Of a stretch of DNA of 64,000 bases, positions 1-12,600 are shown piece by piece. The stretch lies in NCBI RefSeq assembly GCF_009914755.1, contig NC_060944.1; one strand, 5' to 3'. Position numbers and translations under genes: made by a program. The DNA comes from the human T2T-CHM13v2.0 reference genome, Homo sapiens. Under the pieces are notes generated by a model. That model saw nothing but the letters and a program-made list of their open reading frames with translations, did no database searches and had not been told where the DNA came from. Numbering within the stretch: position 1 is the stretch's first letter; each line of letters starts with the position of its first letter.

Positions 1-137
1 CCAAATGGACACTTCCAGATACGACAAAAGGAGTGTTTCAAACCTGTTCTGGGAAAGGGAACGTTCCATTCTGTGACTTGAATGCAAACATCACCAAGTA
101 GTTTCTCAGAACGCTGCTGTCTGCTTTTTATATGTAT

Positions 138-154
138 TCCCGTTTCCAACGAAA
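138..154 (-). promoter_or_regulatory. CENP-B box, HOR position 1 (intact; recurs every HOR)
   Basis: TCCCGTTTCCAACGAAA is the reverse complement of TTTCGTTGGAAACGGGA, matching YTTCGTTGGAARCGGGA. Confidence 0.97.
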
Positions 155-308
155 TCGTCAAAGCCAGCCAAATATCCACTTGCAGGTTCCACAAAAAGAG
201 TGTTTCAAAACTGCTCTCTCAAAAGACATGTTCAACTCTGTCAGTTGAGGACACACATCACAAAGAAGTTTCTGAGAATGCTTCTGTCTAGTTTTTATGG
301 GAACATAT

Positions 309-325
309 TTCCTTTTTCACCATAG
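309..325. promoter_or_regulatory. pJalpha motif of an A-type monomer (variants recur in alternate monomers)
   Basis: TTCCTTTTTCACCATAG lies exactly 171 bp from the CENP-B box at 138, at the homologous monomer position. Confidence 0.85.
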
Positions 326-479
326 GCCTCAAAGCGCTCCAAATGTCCACTTCCAGGGAATGGAAAAAGAGTGTTTCCAACCTGCTCTATGAAAGCCAAT
401 GTTCAACTCCGTGACTTGAATGCTACCATCACAAGGAAGTTTCTGAGAATGCTTCTGTCTAGGTTTTATATGAAGATAT

Positions 480-496
480 TCCCGTTTCCAACGAAA
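480..496 (-). promoter_or_regulatory. CENP-B box, HOR position 2 (intact here)
   Basis: TCCCGTTTCCAACGAAA, 342 bp after box 1. Confidence 0.97.
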
Positions 497-817
497 TCCA
501 CAAAGCTATCCAAATATCCACTTGGAGATTCTACAAAAAGAGTGTTTCAAAACTGCTCTATCAAAAGAAAGGTTCTACTCCGTCAGTTGAGGACACACAT
601 CATGAGTAAGTTTCTGACAATGCTTCTGTCTAGTTTTTATGGGAAGATATGCCCTTTTTCACCTTAGGCCGGAAAGCGCTCCAAAAGTCCAGTTACAGAC
701 ACTACAAAAAGAGTGTTTCAAACCTGCTCTGTGAAAGGGAATGTTCAATTCTGTGACTTGAATGCAAACATCACAAAGAAGTTGCTGAGAATGCTGCTGT
801 CTGCTTTTTATACCTTA

Positions 818-834
818 TCCCGTTTCCAACGAAA
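818..834 (-). promoter_or_regulatory. CENP-B box, HOR position 3 (intact here)
   Basis: TCCCGTTTCCAACGAAA, 338 bp after box 2. Confidence 0.97.
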
Positions 835-1159
835 TCCTCAAATCCAGCCAAATATCCACTTGCAGACTCCACAAAAAGAGTGTTTCAAAACTGTACTGTC
901 AAAAGAAATGTTCAACTCTGTTAGTTGAGGACACACATCAGAGACTAGCTTCTGAGAATGCTTCTGTCCAGTTGTTACGGGAAGATATTTCCTTTTTCAA
1001 CATAGGCCTGAAACCGCTTCAAATGTCCGCTTCCACATACTGCAAAGAGAGTGTTTCAAACCTTCTCTACGAAAGGGCATGTTCTCCTCTGTGACGTCAA
1101 TGCAAACATCCCAAAGAAGTTTCTGAGAATGCTTCTGTCTGGATTTTATCTGAAGACAA

Positions 1160-1176
1160 TCCCGTTTCCAATGAAA
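1160..1176 (-). promoter_or_regulatory. CENP-B box, HOR position 4 (disrupted in this copy by CpG>TpG; intact in most HORs, e.g. 2520)
   Basis: TCCCGTTTCCAATGAAA: C>T at 1172 removes the G of the essential TTCG. Confidence 0.9.
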
Positions 1177-4100
1177 TAATCAAAGATATGCAAATATGCT
1201 CCTGCAGATTCTACAAAAAGAGTGTTTCAAAACTGCTCTATGAATAGAAAGGTTCGACTCTGTTAGTAGAGGGCACACATCACAAACAAGTTGCCGAGAA
1301 TGCTTCTGTCTGGTTTTTATGGGAAGATATTTCCTTTTCCAACACAAGCCTGAATGCGCTCCAAATGGACACTTCCAGATACGACAAAAGGAGTGTTTCA
1401 AACCTGTTCTGTGAAAGGGAACGTTCCATTCTGTGACTTGAATGCAAACATCACCAAGTAGTTTCTCAGAACGCTGCTGTCTGCTTTTTATATGTATTCC
1501 CGTTTCCAACGAAATCGTCAAAGCCAGCCAAACATCCACTTGCAGGTTCCCCAAAAAGAGTGTTTCAAACTGCTCTCTCAAAAGACATGTTCAACTCTGT
1601 CAGTTGAGGACACACATCACAAAGATGTTTCTGAGAATGCTTCTGTCTAGTTTTTATGGGAAGATATCTCCTTTTTCACCATAGGCCTCAAAGCGCTCCA
1701 AATGTCCACTTCCAGGGAATGGAAAAAGAGTGTTTCCAACCTGCTCTATGAAAGCCAATGTTCAACTCCGTGACTTGAATGCAACCATCACAAGGAAGTT
1801 TCTGAGAATGCTTCTGTCTAGGTTTTATATGAAGATATTCCCGTTTCCAACGAAATCCTCAAAGCTATCCAAATATCCACTTGGAGATTCTACAAAAAGA
1901 GTGTTTCAAAACTGCTCTATCAAAAGAAAGGTTCTACTCCGTCAGTTGAGGACACATATCACGAGTAAGTTTCTGAGAATGATTCTGTCTAATTTTTATG
2001 GGAAGATATGTCCTTTTTCACCTTAGGCCGGAAAGCGCTCCAAAAGTCCAGTTACAGACACTACAAAAAGAGTGTTTCAAACCTGCTCTGTGAAAGGGAA
2101 TGTTCAATTCTGTGACTTGAATGCAAACATCACAAAGAAATTGCTGAGAATGCTGCTGTCTGCTTTTTATACCTTATCCCGTTTCCAACGAAATCCTCAA
2201 ATCCAGCCAAATATCCACTTGCAGACTCCACAAAAAGAGTGTTTCAAAACTATACTCTCCAAAGAAATGTTCAACTCTGTTAGTTGAGGACACACATCAG
2301 AGACTAGCTTCTGAGAATGCTTCTGTCCAGTTGTTACGGGAAGATATTTCCTTTTTCAACATAGGCCTGAAACCGCTTCAAATGTCCACTTCCAGATACT
2401 GCAAAGAGAGTGTTTCAAACCTTCTCTACGAAAGGGCATGTTCTCCTCAGTGACGTCAATGCAAACATCCCAAAGAAGTTTCTGAGAATGCTTCTGTCTG
2501 GATTTTATCTGAAGACAATCCCGTTTCCAACGAAATCCTCAAAGATATGCAAATATGCTCCTGCAGATTCTACAAAAAGAGTGTTTCAAAACTGCTCTAT
2601 GAAAAGAAAGGTTCGACTCTGTTAGTAGAGAGCACACATCACAAACAAGTTGCCGAGAATGCTTCTGTCTGATTTTTATGGGAAGATATTTCCTTTTCCA
2701 ACAAAAGCCTGAATGCGCTCCAAATGGACACTTCCAGATACGACAAAAGGAGTGTTTCAAACCTGTTCTGTGAAAGGGAACGTTCCATTCTGTGACTTGA
2801 ATGCAAACATCACCAAGTAGTTTCTCAGAACGCTGCTGTCTGCTTTTTATATGTATTCCCGTTTCCAACGAAATCGTCAAAGCCAGCCAAATATCCACTT
2901 GCAGGTTCCACAGAAAGAGTGTTTCAAAACTGCTCTCTCAAAAGACATGTTCAACTCTGTCAGTTGAGGACACACATCACAATGAAGTTTCTGAGAATGC
3001 TTCTGTCTAGTTTTTATGGGAAGATATTTCCTTTTTCACCATAGGCCTCAAAGCGCTCCAAATGTCCACTTCCAGGGAATGGAAAAAGAGTGTTTCCAAC
3101 CTACTGTATGAAAGCCAATGTTCAACTCCGTGACTTGAATGCAACCATCACAAGGAAGTTTCTGAGAATGCTTCTGTCTAGGTTTTATATGAAGATATTC
3201 CCGTTTCCAATGAAATCCTCAAAGCTATCCAAATATCCACTTGGAGATTCTACAAAAAGAGTGTTTCAAAACTGCTCTATCAAAAGAAAGGTTCTACTCC
3301 GTCAGTTGAGGACACACATCACGAGTAAGTTTCTGACAATGCTTCTGTCTAGTTTTTATGGGAAGATATGTCCTTTTTCACCTTAGGCCGGAAAGCGCTC
3401 CAAAAGTCCAGTTACAGACACTACAAAAAGAGTGTTTCAAACCTGCTCTGTGAAAGGGAATGTTCAATTCTGTGACTTGAATGCAAACATCACAAAGAAG
3501 TTGCTGAGAATGCTGCTGTCTGCTTTTTATACCTTATCCCGTTTCCAACGAAATCCTCAAATCCAGCCAAATATCCACTTGCAGACTCCACAAAAAGAGT
3601 GTTTCAAAACTGTACTGTCAAAAGAAATGTTGAACTCTGTTAGTTGAGGACACACATCAGACACTAGCTTCTGAGAATGCTTCTGTCCAGTTGTTACGGG
3701 AAGATATTTCCTTTTTCAACATAGGCCTGAAACCGCTTCAAATGTCCGCTTCCAGATACTGCAAAGAGAGTGTTTCAAACCTTCTCTACGAAAGGGCATG
3801 TTCTCCTCTGTGACGTCAATGCAAACATCCCAAAGAAGTTTCTGAGAATGCTTCTGTCTGGATTTTGTCTGAAGACAATCCCGTTTCCAACGAAATCCTC
3901 AAAGATATGCAAATATTCTCCTGCAGATTCTACAAAAAGAGTGTTTCAAAACTGCTCTATGAATAGAAAGGTTCGACTCTGTTAGTAGAGGGCACACATC
4001 ACAAACAAGTTGCCGAGAATGCTTCTGTCTGGTTTTTATGGGAAGATATTTCCTTTTCCAACACAAGCTTTAATGCGCTCCAAATGGACACTTCCAGATA

Positions 4101-6699
4101 CGACAAAAGGAGTGTTTCAAACCTGTTCCGGGGAAGGGAACGTTCCATTCTGTGACTTGAATGCAAACATCACCAAGTAGTTTCTCAGAACGCTGCTGTG
4201 TGCTTTTTATATGTATTCCCGTTTCCAACGAAATCGTCAAAGCCAGCCAAATATCCACTTTCAGGTTCCACAAAAAGAGTGTTTCAAAACTGCTCTCTCA
4301 AAAGACATGTTCAACTCTGTCAGTTGAGGACACACATCACAAAGAAGTTTCTGAGAATGCTTCTGTCTAGTTTTTATGGGAAGATATTTCCTTTTTCACC
4401 ATAGGCCTCATAGCGCTCCAAATGTCCACTTCCAGGGAATGGAAAAAGAGTGTTTCCAACCTGCTCTATGAAAGCCAATGTTCAACTCCGTGACTTGAAT
4501 GCAACCATCACAAGGATGTTTCTGAGAATGCTTCTGTCTAGGTTTTATATGAAGATATTCCCGTTTCCAACGAAATCCTCAAAGCTATCCAAATATCCAC
4601 TTGGAGATTCTACAAAAAGAGTGTTTCAAAACTGCTCTATCAAAAGAAAGGTTCTACTCCGTCAGTTGAGGACACACATCACGAGTAAGTTTCTGACAAT
4701 GCTTCTGTCTAGTTTTTATGGGAAGATATGTCCTTTTTCACCTTAGGCCGGAAAGCGCTCCAAAAGTCCAGTTACAGACACTACAAAAAGAGTGTTTCAA
4801 ACCTGCTCTGTGAAAGGGAATGTTCAATTCTGTGACTTGAATGCAAACATCATAAAGAAATTGCTGAGAATGCTGCTGTCTGCTTTTTATACTTTATCCC
4901 GTTTCCAACGAAATCCTCAAATCCAGCCAAATATCCACTTGCAGACTCCACAAAAAGAGTGTTTCAAAACTGTACTGTCAAAAGAAATGTTCAACTCTGT
5001 TAGTTGAGGACACACATCAGAGACTAGCTTCTGAGAATGCTTCTGTCCAGTTGTTACGGGAAGATATTTCCTTTTTCTAAATAGGCCTGAAACCGCTTCA
5101 AATGTCCGCTTCCAGATACTGCAAAGAGAGTGTTTCAAACCTTCTCTACGAAAGGGCATGTTCTCCTCTGTGACGTCAATGCAAACATCCCAAAGAAGTT
5201 TCTGAGAATGCTTCTGTCTGGATTTTATCTGAAGACAATCCCGTTTCCAATGAAATCCTCAAAGATATGCAAATATGCTCCTGCAGATTCTACAAAAAGA
5301 GTGTTTCAAAACTGCTCTAGGAAAAGAAAGGTTCGACTCTGTTAGTAGAGGGCACACATCACAAACAAGTTGCCGAGAATGCTTCTGTCTGATTTTTATG
5401 GGAAGATATTTCCTTTTCCAACACAAGCCTGAATGCGCTCCAAATGGACACTTCCAGATACGACAAAAGGAGTGTTTCAAACCTGTTCTGTGAAAGGGAA
5501 CGTTCCATTCTGTGACTTGGATGCAAACATCACCAAGTAGTTTCTCAGAACGCTGCTGTCTGCTTTTTATATGTATTCCCGTTTCCAACGAAATCGTCAA
5601 AGCCAGCCAAATATCCACTTGCAGGTTCCACAGAAAGAGTGTTTCAAAACTGCTCTCTCAAAAGACATGTTCAACTCTGTCAGTTGAGGACACACATCAC
5701 AATGAAGTTTCTGAGAATGCTTCTGTCTAGTTTTTATGGGAAGATATTTCCTTTTTCACCATAGGCCTCAAAGTGCTCCAAATGTCCACTTCCAGGGAAT
5801 GGAAAAAGAGTGTTTCCAACCTACTGTATGAAAGCCAATGTTCAACTCCGTGACTTGAATGCAACCATCACAAGGAAGTTTCTGAGAATGCTTCTGTCTA
5901 GGTTTTATATGAAGATATTCCCGTTTCCAACGAAATCCTCAAAGCTATCCAAATATCCACTTGGAGATTCTACAAAAAGAGTGTTTCAAAACTGCTCTAT
6001 CAAAAGAAAGGTTCTACTCCGTCAGTTGAGGACACACATCACGAGTAAGTTTCTGACAATGCTTCTGTCTAGTTTTTATGGGAAGATATGTCCTTTTTCA
6101 CCTTAGGCCGGAAAGCGCTCCAAAGTCCAGTTACAGACACTACAAAAAGAGTGTTTCAAACATGCTCTGTGAAAGGGAATGTTCAATTCTGTGACTTGAA
6201 TGCAAACATCACAAAGAAATTGCTGAGAATGCTGCTGTCTGCTTTTTATACCTTATCCCGTTTCCAACGAAATCCTCAAAGCCAGCCAAATATCCACTTG
6301 CAGACTCCACAAAAAGAGTGTTTCAAAACTGTACTGTCAAAGGAAATGTTCAACTCTGTTACTTGAGGACACACATCAGAGACTAGCTTCTGAGAATGCT
6401 TCTGTCCAGTTGTTACGGGAAGATATTTCCTTTTTCAACATAGGCCTGAAACCACTTCAAATGTCCGCTTCCAGATACTGCAAAGAGAGTGTTTCAAACC
6501 TTCTCTATGAAAGGGCATGTTCTCCTCTGTGACGTCAATGCAAACATCCCAAAGAAGTTTCTGAGAATGCTTCTGTCTGGATTTTATCTGAAGACAATCC
6601 CGTTTCCAACGAAATCCTCAAAGATATGCAAATATGCTCCTGCAGATTCTACAAAAAGAGTGTTTCAAAACTGCTCTATGAATAGAAAGGTTCGACTCT

Positions 6700-9600
6700 G
6701 TTAGTAGAGGGCACACATCACAAACAAGTTGCCGAGAATGCTTCTGTCTGATTTTTATGGGAATATATTTCCTTTTCCAACACAAGCCTGAATGCGCTCC
6801 AAATGGACACTTCCAGATACGACAAAAGGAGTGTTTCAAACCTGTTCTGTGAAAGGGAACGTTCCATTCTGTGACTTGAATGCAAACATCACCAAGTAGT
6901 TTCTCAGAACGCTGCTGTCTGCTTTTTATATGTATTCCCGTTTCCAACGAAATCGTCAAAGCCAGCCAAATATCCACTTGCAGGTTCCACAGAAAGAGTG
7001 TTTCAAAACTGCTCTCTCAAAAGACATGTTCAACTCTGTCAGTTGAGGACACACATCACAATGAAGTTTCTGAGAATGCTTCTGTCTAGTTTTTATGGGA
7101 AGATATTTCCTTTTTCACCATAGGCCTCAAAGCGCTCCAAATGTCCACTTCCAGGGAATGGAAAAAGAGTGTTTCCAACCTACTGTATGAAAGCCAATGT
7201 TCAACTCCGTGACTTGAATGCAACCATCACAAGGAAGTTTCTGAGAATGCTTCTGTCTAGGTTTTATATGAAGATATTCCCGTTTCCAATGAAATCCTCA
7301 AAGCTATCCAAATATCCACTTGGAGATTCTACAAAAAGAGTGTTTCAAAACTGCTCTATCAAAAGAAAGGTTCTACTCCGTCAGTTGAGGACACACATCA
7401 CGAGTAAGTTTCTGACAATGCTTCTGTCTAGTTTTTATGGGAAGATATGTCCTTTTTCACCTTAGGCCGGAAAGCGCTCCAAAAGTCCAGTTACAGACAC
7501 TACAAAAAGAGTGTTTCAAACCTGCTCTGTGAAAGGGAATGTTCAATTCTGTGACCTGAATGCAAACATCACAAAGAAGTTGCTGAGAATGCTGCTGTCT
7601 GCTTTTTATACCTTATCCCGTTTCCAACGAAATCCTCAAATCCAGCCAAATATCCACTTGCAGACTCCACAAAAAGAGTGTTTCAAAACTGTACTGTCAA
7701 AAGAAATGTTCAACTCTGTTAGTTGAGGACACACATCAGACACTAGCTTCTGAGAATGCTTCTGTCCAGTTGTTACGGGAAGATATTTCCTTTTTCAACA
7801 TAGGCCTGAAACCGCTTCAAATGTCCGCTTCCAGATACTGCAAAGAGAGTGTTTCAAACCTTCTCTACGAAAGGGCATGTTCTCCTCTGTGACGTCAATG
7901 CAAACATCCCAAAGAAGTTTCTGAGAATGCTTCTGTCTGGATTTTGTCTGAAGACAATCCCGTTTCCAACGAAATCCTCAAAGATATGCAAATATTCTCC
8001 TGCAGATTCTACAAAAAGAGTGTTTCAAAACTGCTCTATGAATAGAAAGGTTCGACTCTGTTAGTAGAGGGCACACATCACAAACAAGTTGCCGAGAATG
8101 CTTCTGTCTGGTTTTTATGGGAAGATATTTCCTTTTCCAACACAAGCCTGAATGCGCTCCAAATGGACACTTCCAGATACGACAAAAGGAGTGTTTCAAA
8201 CCTGTTCTGGGAAAGGGAACGTTCCATTCTGTGACTTGAATGCAAACATCACCAAGTAGTTTCTCAGAACGCTGCTGTCTGCTTTTTATATGTATTCCCG
8301 TTTCCAACGAAATCGTCAAAGCCAGCCAAATATCCACTTGCAGGTTCCACAGAAAGAGTGTTTCAAAACTGCTCTCTCAAAAGACATGTTCAACTCTGTC
8401 AGTTGAGGACACACATCACAAAGAAGTTTCTGAGAATGCTTCTGTCTAGTTTTTATGGGAAGATATTTCCTTTTTCACCATAGGCCTCAAAGCGCTCCAA
8501 ATGTCCACTTCCAGGGAATGGAAAAAGAGTGTTTCCAACCTGCTCTATGAAAGCCAATGTTCAACTCCGTGACTTGAATGCAACCATCACAAGGAAGTTT
8601 CTGAGAATGCTTCTGTCTAGGTTTTATATGAAGATATTCCCGTTTCCAACGAAATCCTCAAACTATCCAAATATCCACTTGGAGATTCTACAAAAAGAGT
8701 GTTTCAAAACTGCTCTATCAAAAGAAAGGTTCTACTCCGTCAGTTGAGGACACACATCACGAGTAAGTTTCTGACAATGCTTCTGTCTAGTTTTTATGGG
8801 AAGATATGTCCTTTTTCACCTTAGGCCGGAAAGCGCTCCAAAAGTCCAGTTACAGACACTACAAAAAGAGTGTTTCAAACCTGCTCTGTGAAAGGGAATG
8901 TTCCATTCTGTGACTTGAATGCAAACATCACAAAGAAATTGCTGAGAATGCTGCTGTCTGCTTTTTATACCTTATCGCGTTTCCAACGAAATCCTTAAAT
9001 CCAGCCAAATATCCACTTGCAGACTCCACAAAAAGAGTGTTTCAAAACTATACTCTCCAAAGAAATGTTCAACTCTGTTAGTTGAGGACACACATCAGAG
9101 ACTAGCTTCTGAGAATGCTTCTGTCCAGTTGTTACGGGAAGATATTTCCTTTTTCAACATAGGCCTGAAACCGCTTCAAATGTCCACTTCCAGATACTGC
9201 AAAGAGAGTGTTTCAAACCTTCTCTACGAAAGGGCATGTTCTCCTCAGTGACGTCAATGCAAACATTCCAAAGAAGTTTCTGAGAATGCTTCTGTCTGGA
9301 TTTTATCTGAAGACAATCCCGTTTCCAACGAAATCCTCAAAGATATGCAAATATGCTCCTGCAGATTCTACAAAAAGAGTGTTTCAAAACTGCTCTATGA
9401 ATAGAAAGGTTCGACTCTGTTAGTAGAGGGCACACATCACAAACAAGTTGCCGAGAATGCTTCTGTCTGGTTTTTATGGGAAGATATTTCCTTTTCCAAC
9501 ACAAGCCTGAATGCGCTCCAAATGGACACTTCCAGATACGACAAAAGGAGTGTTTCAAACCTGTTCTGTGAAAGGGAACGTTCCATTCTGTGACTTGAAT

Positions 9601-12600
9601 GCAAACATCACCAAGTAGTTTCTCAGAACGCTGCTGTCTGCTTTTTATATGTATTCCCGTTTCCAACGAAATCGTCAAAGCCAGCCAAATATCCACTTGC
9701 AGGTTCCACAGAAAGAGTGTTTCAAAACTGCTCTCTCAAAAGACATGTTCAACTCTGTCAGTTGAGGACACACATCACAAAGAAGTTTCTGAGAATGCTT
9801 CTGTCTAGTTTTTATGGGAAGATATTTCCTTTTTCACCATAGGCCTCAAAGCGCTCCAAATGTCCACTTCCAGGGAATGGAAGAAGAGAGTTTCCAACCT
9901 GCTCTATGAAAGCCAATGTTCAACTCCGTGACTTGAATGCAACCATCACAAGGAAGTTTCTGAGAATGCTTCTGTCTAGGTTTTATATGAAGATATTCCC
10001 GTTTCCAACGAATTCCTCAAACTATCCAAATATCCACTTGGAGATTCTACAAAAAGAGTGTTTCAAAACTGCTCTATCAAAAGAAAGGTTCTACTCCGTC
10101 AGTTGAGGACACACATCACGAGTAAGTTTCTGACAATGCTTCTGTCTAGTTTTTATGGGAAGATATGTCCTTTTTCACCTTAGGCCGGAAAGCGCTCCAA
10201 AAGTCCAGTTACAGACACTACAAAAAGAGTGTTTCAAACCTGCTCTGTGAAAGGGAATGTTCCATTCTGTGACTTGAATGCAAACATCACAAAGAAATTG
10301 CTGAGAATGCTGCTGTCTGCTTTTTATACCTTATCGCGTTTCCAACGAAATCCTCAAATCCAGCCAAATATCCACTTGCAGACTCCACAAAAAGAGTGTT
10401 TCAAAACTATACTCTCCAAAGAAATGTTCAACTCTGTTAGTTGAGGACACACATCAGAGACTAGCTTCTGAGAATGCTTCTGTCCAGTTGTTACGGGAAG
10501 ATATTTCCTTTTTCAACATAGGCCTGAAACCGCTTCAAATGTCCACTTCCAGATACTGCAAAGAGAGTGTTTCAAACCTTCTCTACGAAAGGGCATGTTC
10601 TCCTCAGTGACGTCAATGCAAACATCCCAAAGAAGTTTCTGAGAATGCTTCTGTCTGGATTTTATCTGAAGACAATCCCGTTTCCAACGAAATCCTCAAA
10701 GCTATGCAAATATGCTCCTGCAGATTCTACAAAAAGAGTGTTTCAAAACTGCTCTATGAAAAGAAAGGTTCGACTCTGTTAGTAGAGGGCACACATCACA
10801 AACAAGTTGCCGAGAATGCTTCTGTCTGGTTTTTATGGGAAGATATTTCCTTTTCCAACACAAGCCTGAATGCGCTCCAAATGGACACTTCCAGATATGA
10901 CAAAAGGAGTGTTTCAAACCTGTTCTGTGAAAGGGAACGTTCCATTCTGTGACTTGAATGCAAACATCACCAAGTAGTTTCTCAGAACGCTGCTGTCTGC
11001 TTTTTATATGTATTCCCGTTTCCAACGAAATCGTCAAAGCCAGCCAAATATCCACTTGCAGGTTCCACAGAAAGAGTGTTTCAAAACTGCTCTCTCAAAA
11101 GACATGTTCAACTCTGTCAGTTGAGGACACACATCACAAAGAAGTTTCTGAGAATGCTTCTGTCTAGTTTTTATGGGAAGATATTTCCTTTTTCACCATA
11201 GGCCTCAAAGCGCTCCAAATGTCCACTTCCAGGGAATGGAAAAAGAGTGTTTCCAACCTGCTCTATGAAAGCCAATGTTCAACTCCGTGACTTGAATGCA
11301 ACCATCACAAGGAAGTTTCTGAGAATGCTTCTGTCTAGGTTTTATATGAAGATATTCCCGTTTCCAACGAAATCCTCAAAGCTATCCAAATATCCACTTG
11401 GAGATTCTACAAAAAGAGTGTTTCAAAACTGCTCTATCAAAAGAAAGGTTCTACTCCGTCAGTTGAGGACACACATCACGAGTAAGTTTCTGACAATGCT
11501 TCTGTCTAGTTTTTATGGGAAGATATGTCCTTTTTCACCTTAGGCCGGAAAGCGCTCCAAAAGTCCAGTTACAGACACTACAAAAAGAGTGTTTCAAACC
11601 TGCTCTGTGAAAGGGAATGTTCAATTCTGTGACTTGAATGCAAACATCACAAAGAAATTGCTGAGAATGCTGCTGTCTGCTTTTTATACCTTATCGCGTT
11701 TCCAACGAAATCCTTAAATCCAGCCAAATATCCACTTGCAGACTCCACAAAAAGAGTGTTTCAAAACTATACTCTCCAAAGAAATGTTCAACTCTGTTAG
11801 TTGAGGACACACATCAGAGACTAGCTTCTGAGAATGCTTCTGTCCAGTTGTTACGGGAAGATATTTCCTTTTTCAACATAGGCCTGAAACCGCTTCAAAT
11901 GTCCACTTCCAGATACTGCAAAGAGAGTGTTTCAAACCTTCTCTACGAAAGGGCATGTTCTCCTCAGTGACGTCAATGCAAACATCCCAAAGAAGTTTCT
12001 GAGAATGCTTCTGTCTGGATTTTGTCTGAAGACAATCCCGTTTCCAACGAAATCCTCAAAGATATGCAAATATGCTCCTGCAGATTCTACAAAAAGAGTG
12101 TTTCAAAACTGCTCTATGAATAGAAAGGTTCGACTCTGTTAGTAGAGGGCACACATCACAAACAAGTTGCCGAGAATGCTTCTGTCTGATTTTTATGGGA
12201 ATATATTTCCTTTTCCAACACAAGCCTGAATGCGCTCCAAATGGACACTTCCAGATACGACAAAAGGAGTGTTTCAAACCTGTTCTGTGAAAGGGAACGT
12301 TCCATTCTGTGACTTGAATGCAAACATCACCAAGTAGTTTCTCAGAACGCTGCTGTCTGCTTTTTATATGTATTCCCGTTTCCAACGAAATCGTCAAAGC
12401 CAGCCAAATATCCACTTGCAGGTTCCACAGAAAGAGTGTTTCAAAACTGCTCTCTCAAAAGACATGTTCAACTCTGTCAGTTGAGGACACACATCACAAT
12501 GAAGTTTCTGAGAATGCTTCTGTCTAGTTTTTATGGGAAGATATCTCCTTTTTCACCATAGGCCTCAAAGCGCTCCAAATGTCCACTTCCAGGGAATGGA

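Larger units (their letters stand above)
138..1497 (-). repeat. One representative 8-monomer HOR unit (1,360 bp = 342+338+342+338)
   Basis: CENP-B box positions 138, 480, 818, 1160 and 1498 define four dimers. The sequence from 1498 repeats that from 138. Confidence 0.95.

Noticed and set aside
232-248. Small hairpin TCAACT-CTGTC-AGTTGA and the TTCTGAGAA dyad (STAT/GAS-like)
   Set aside because: These are generic short dyads of the alphoid consensus, not specific to this array, and there is no evidence of function.
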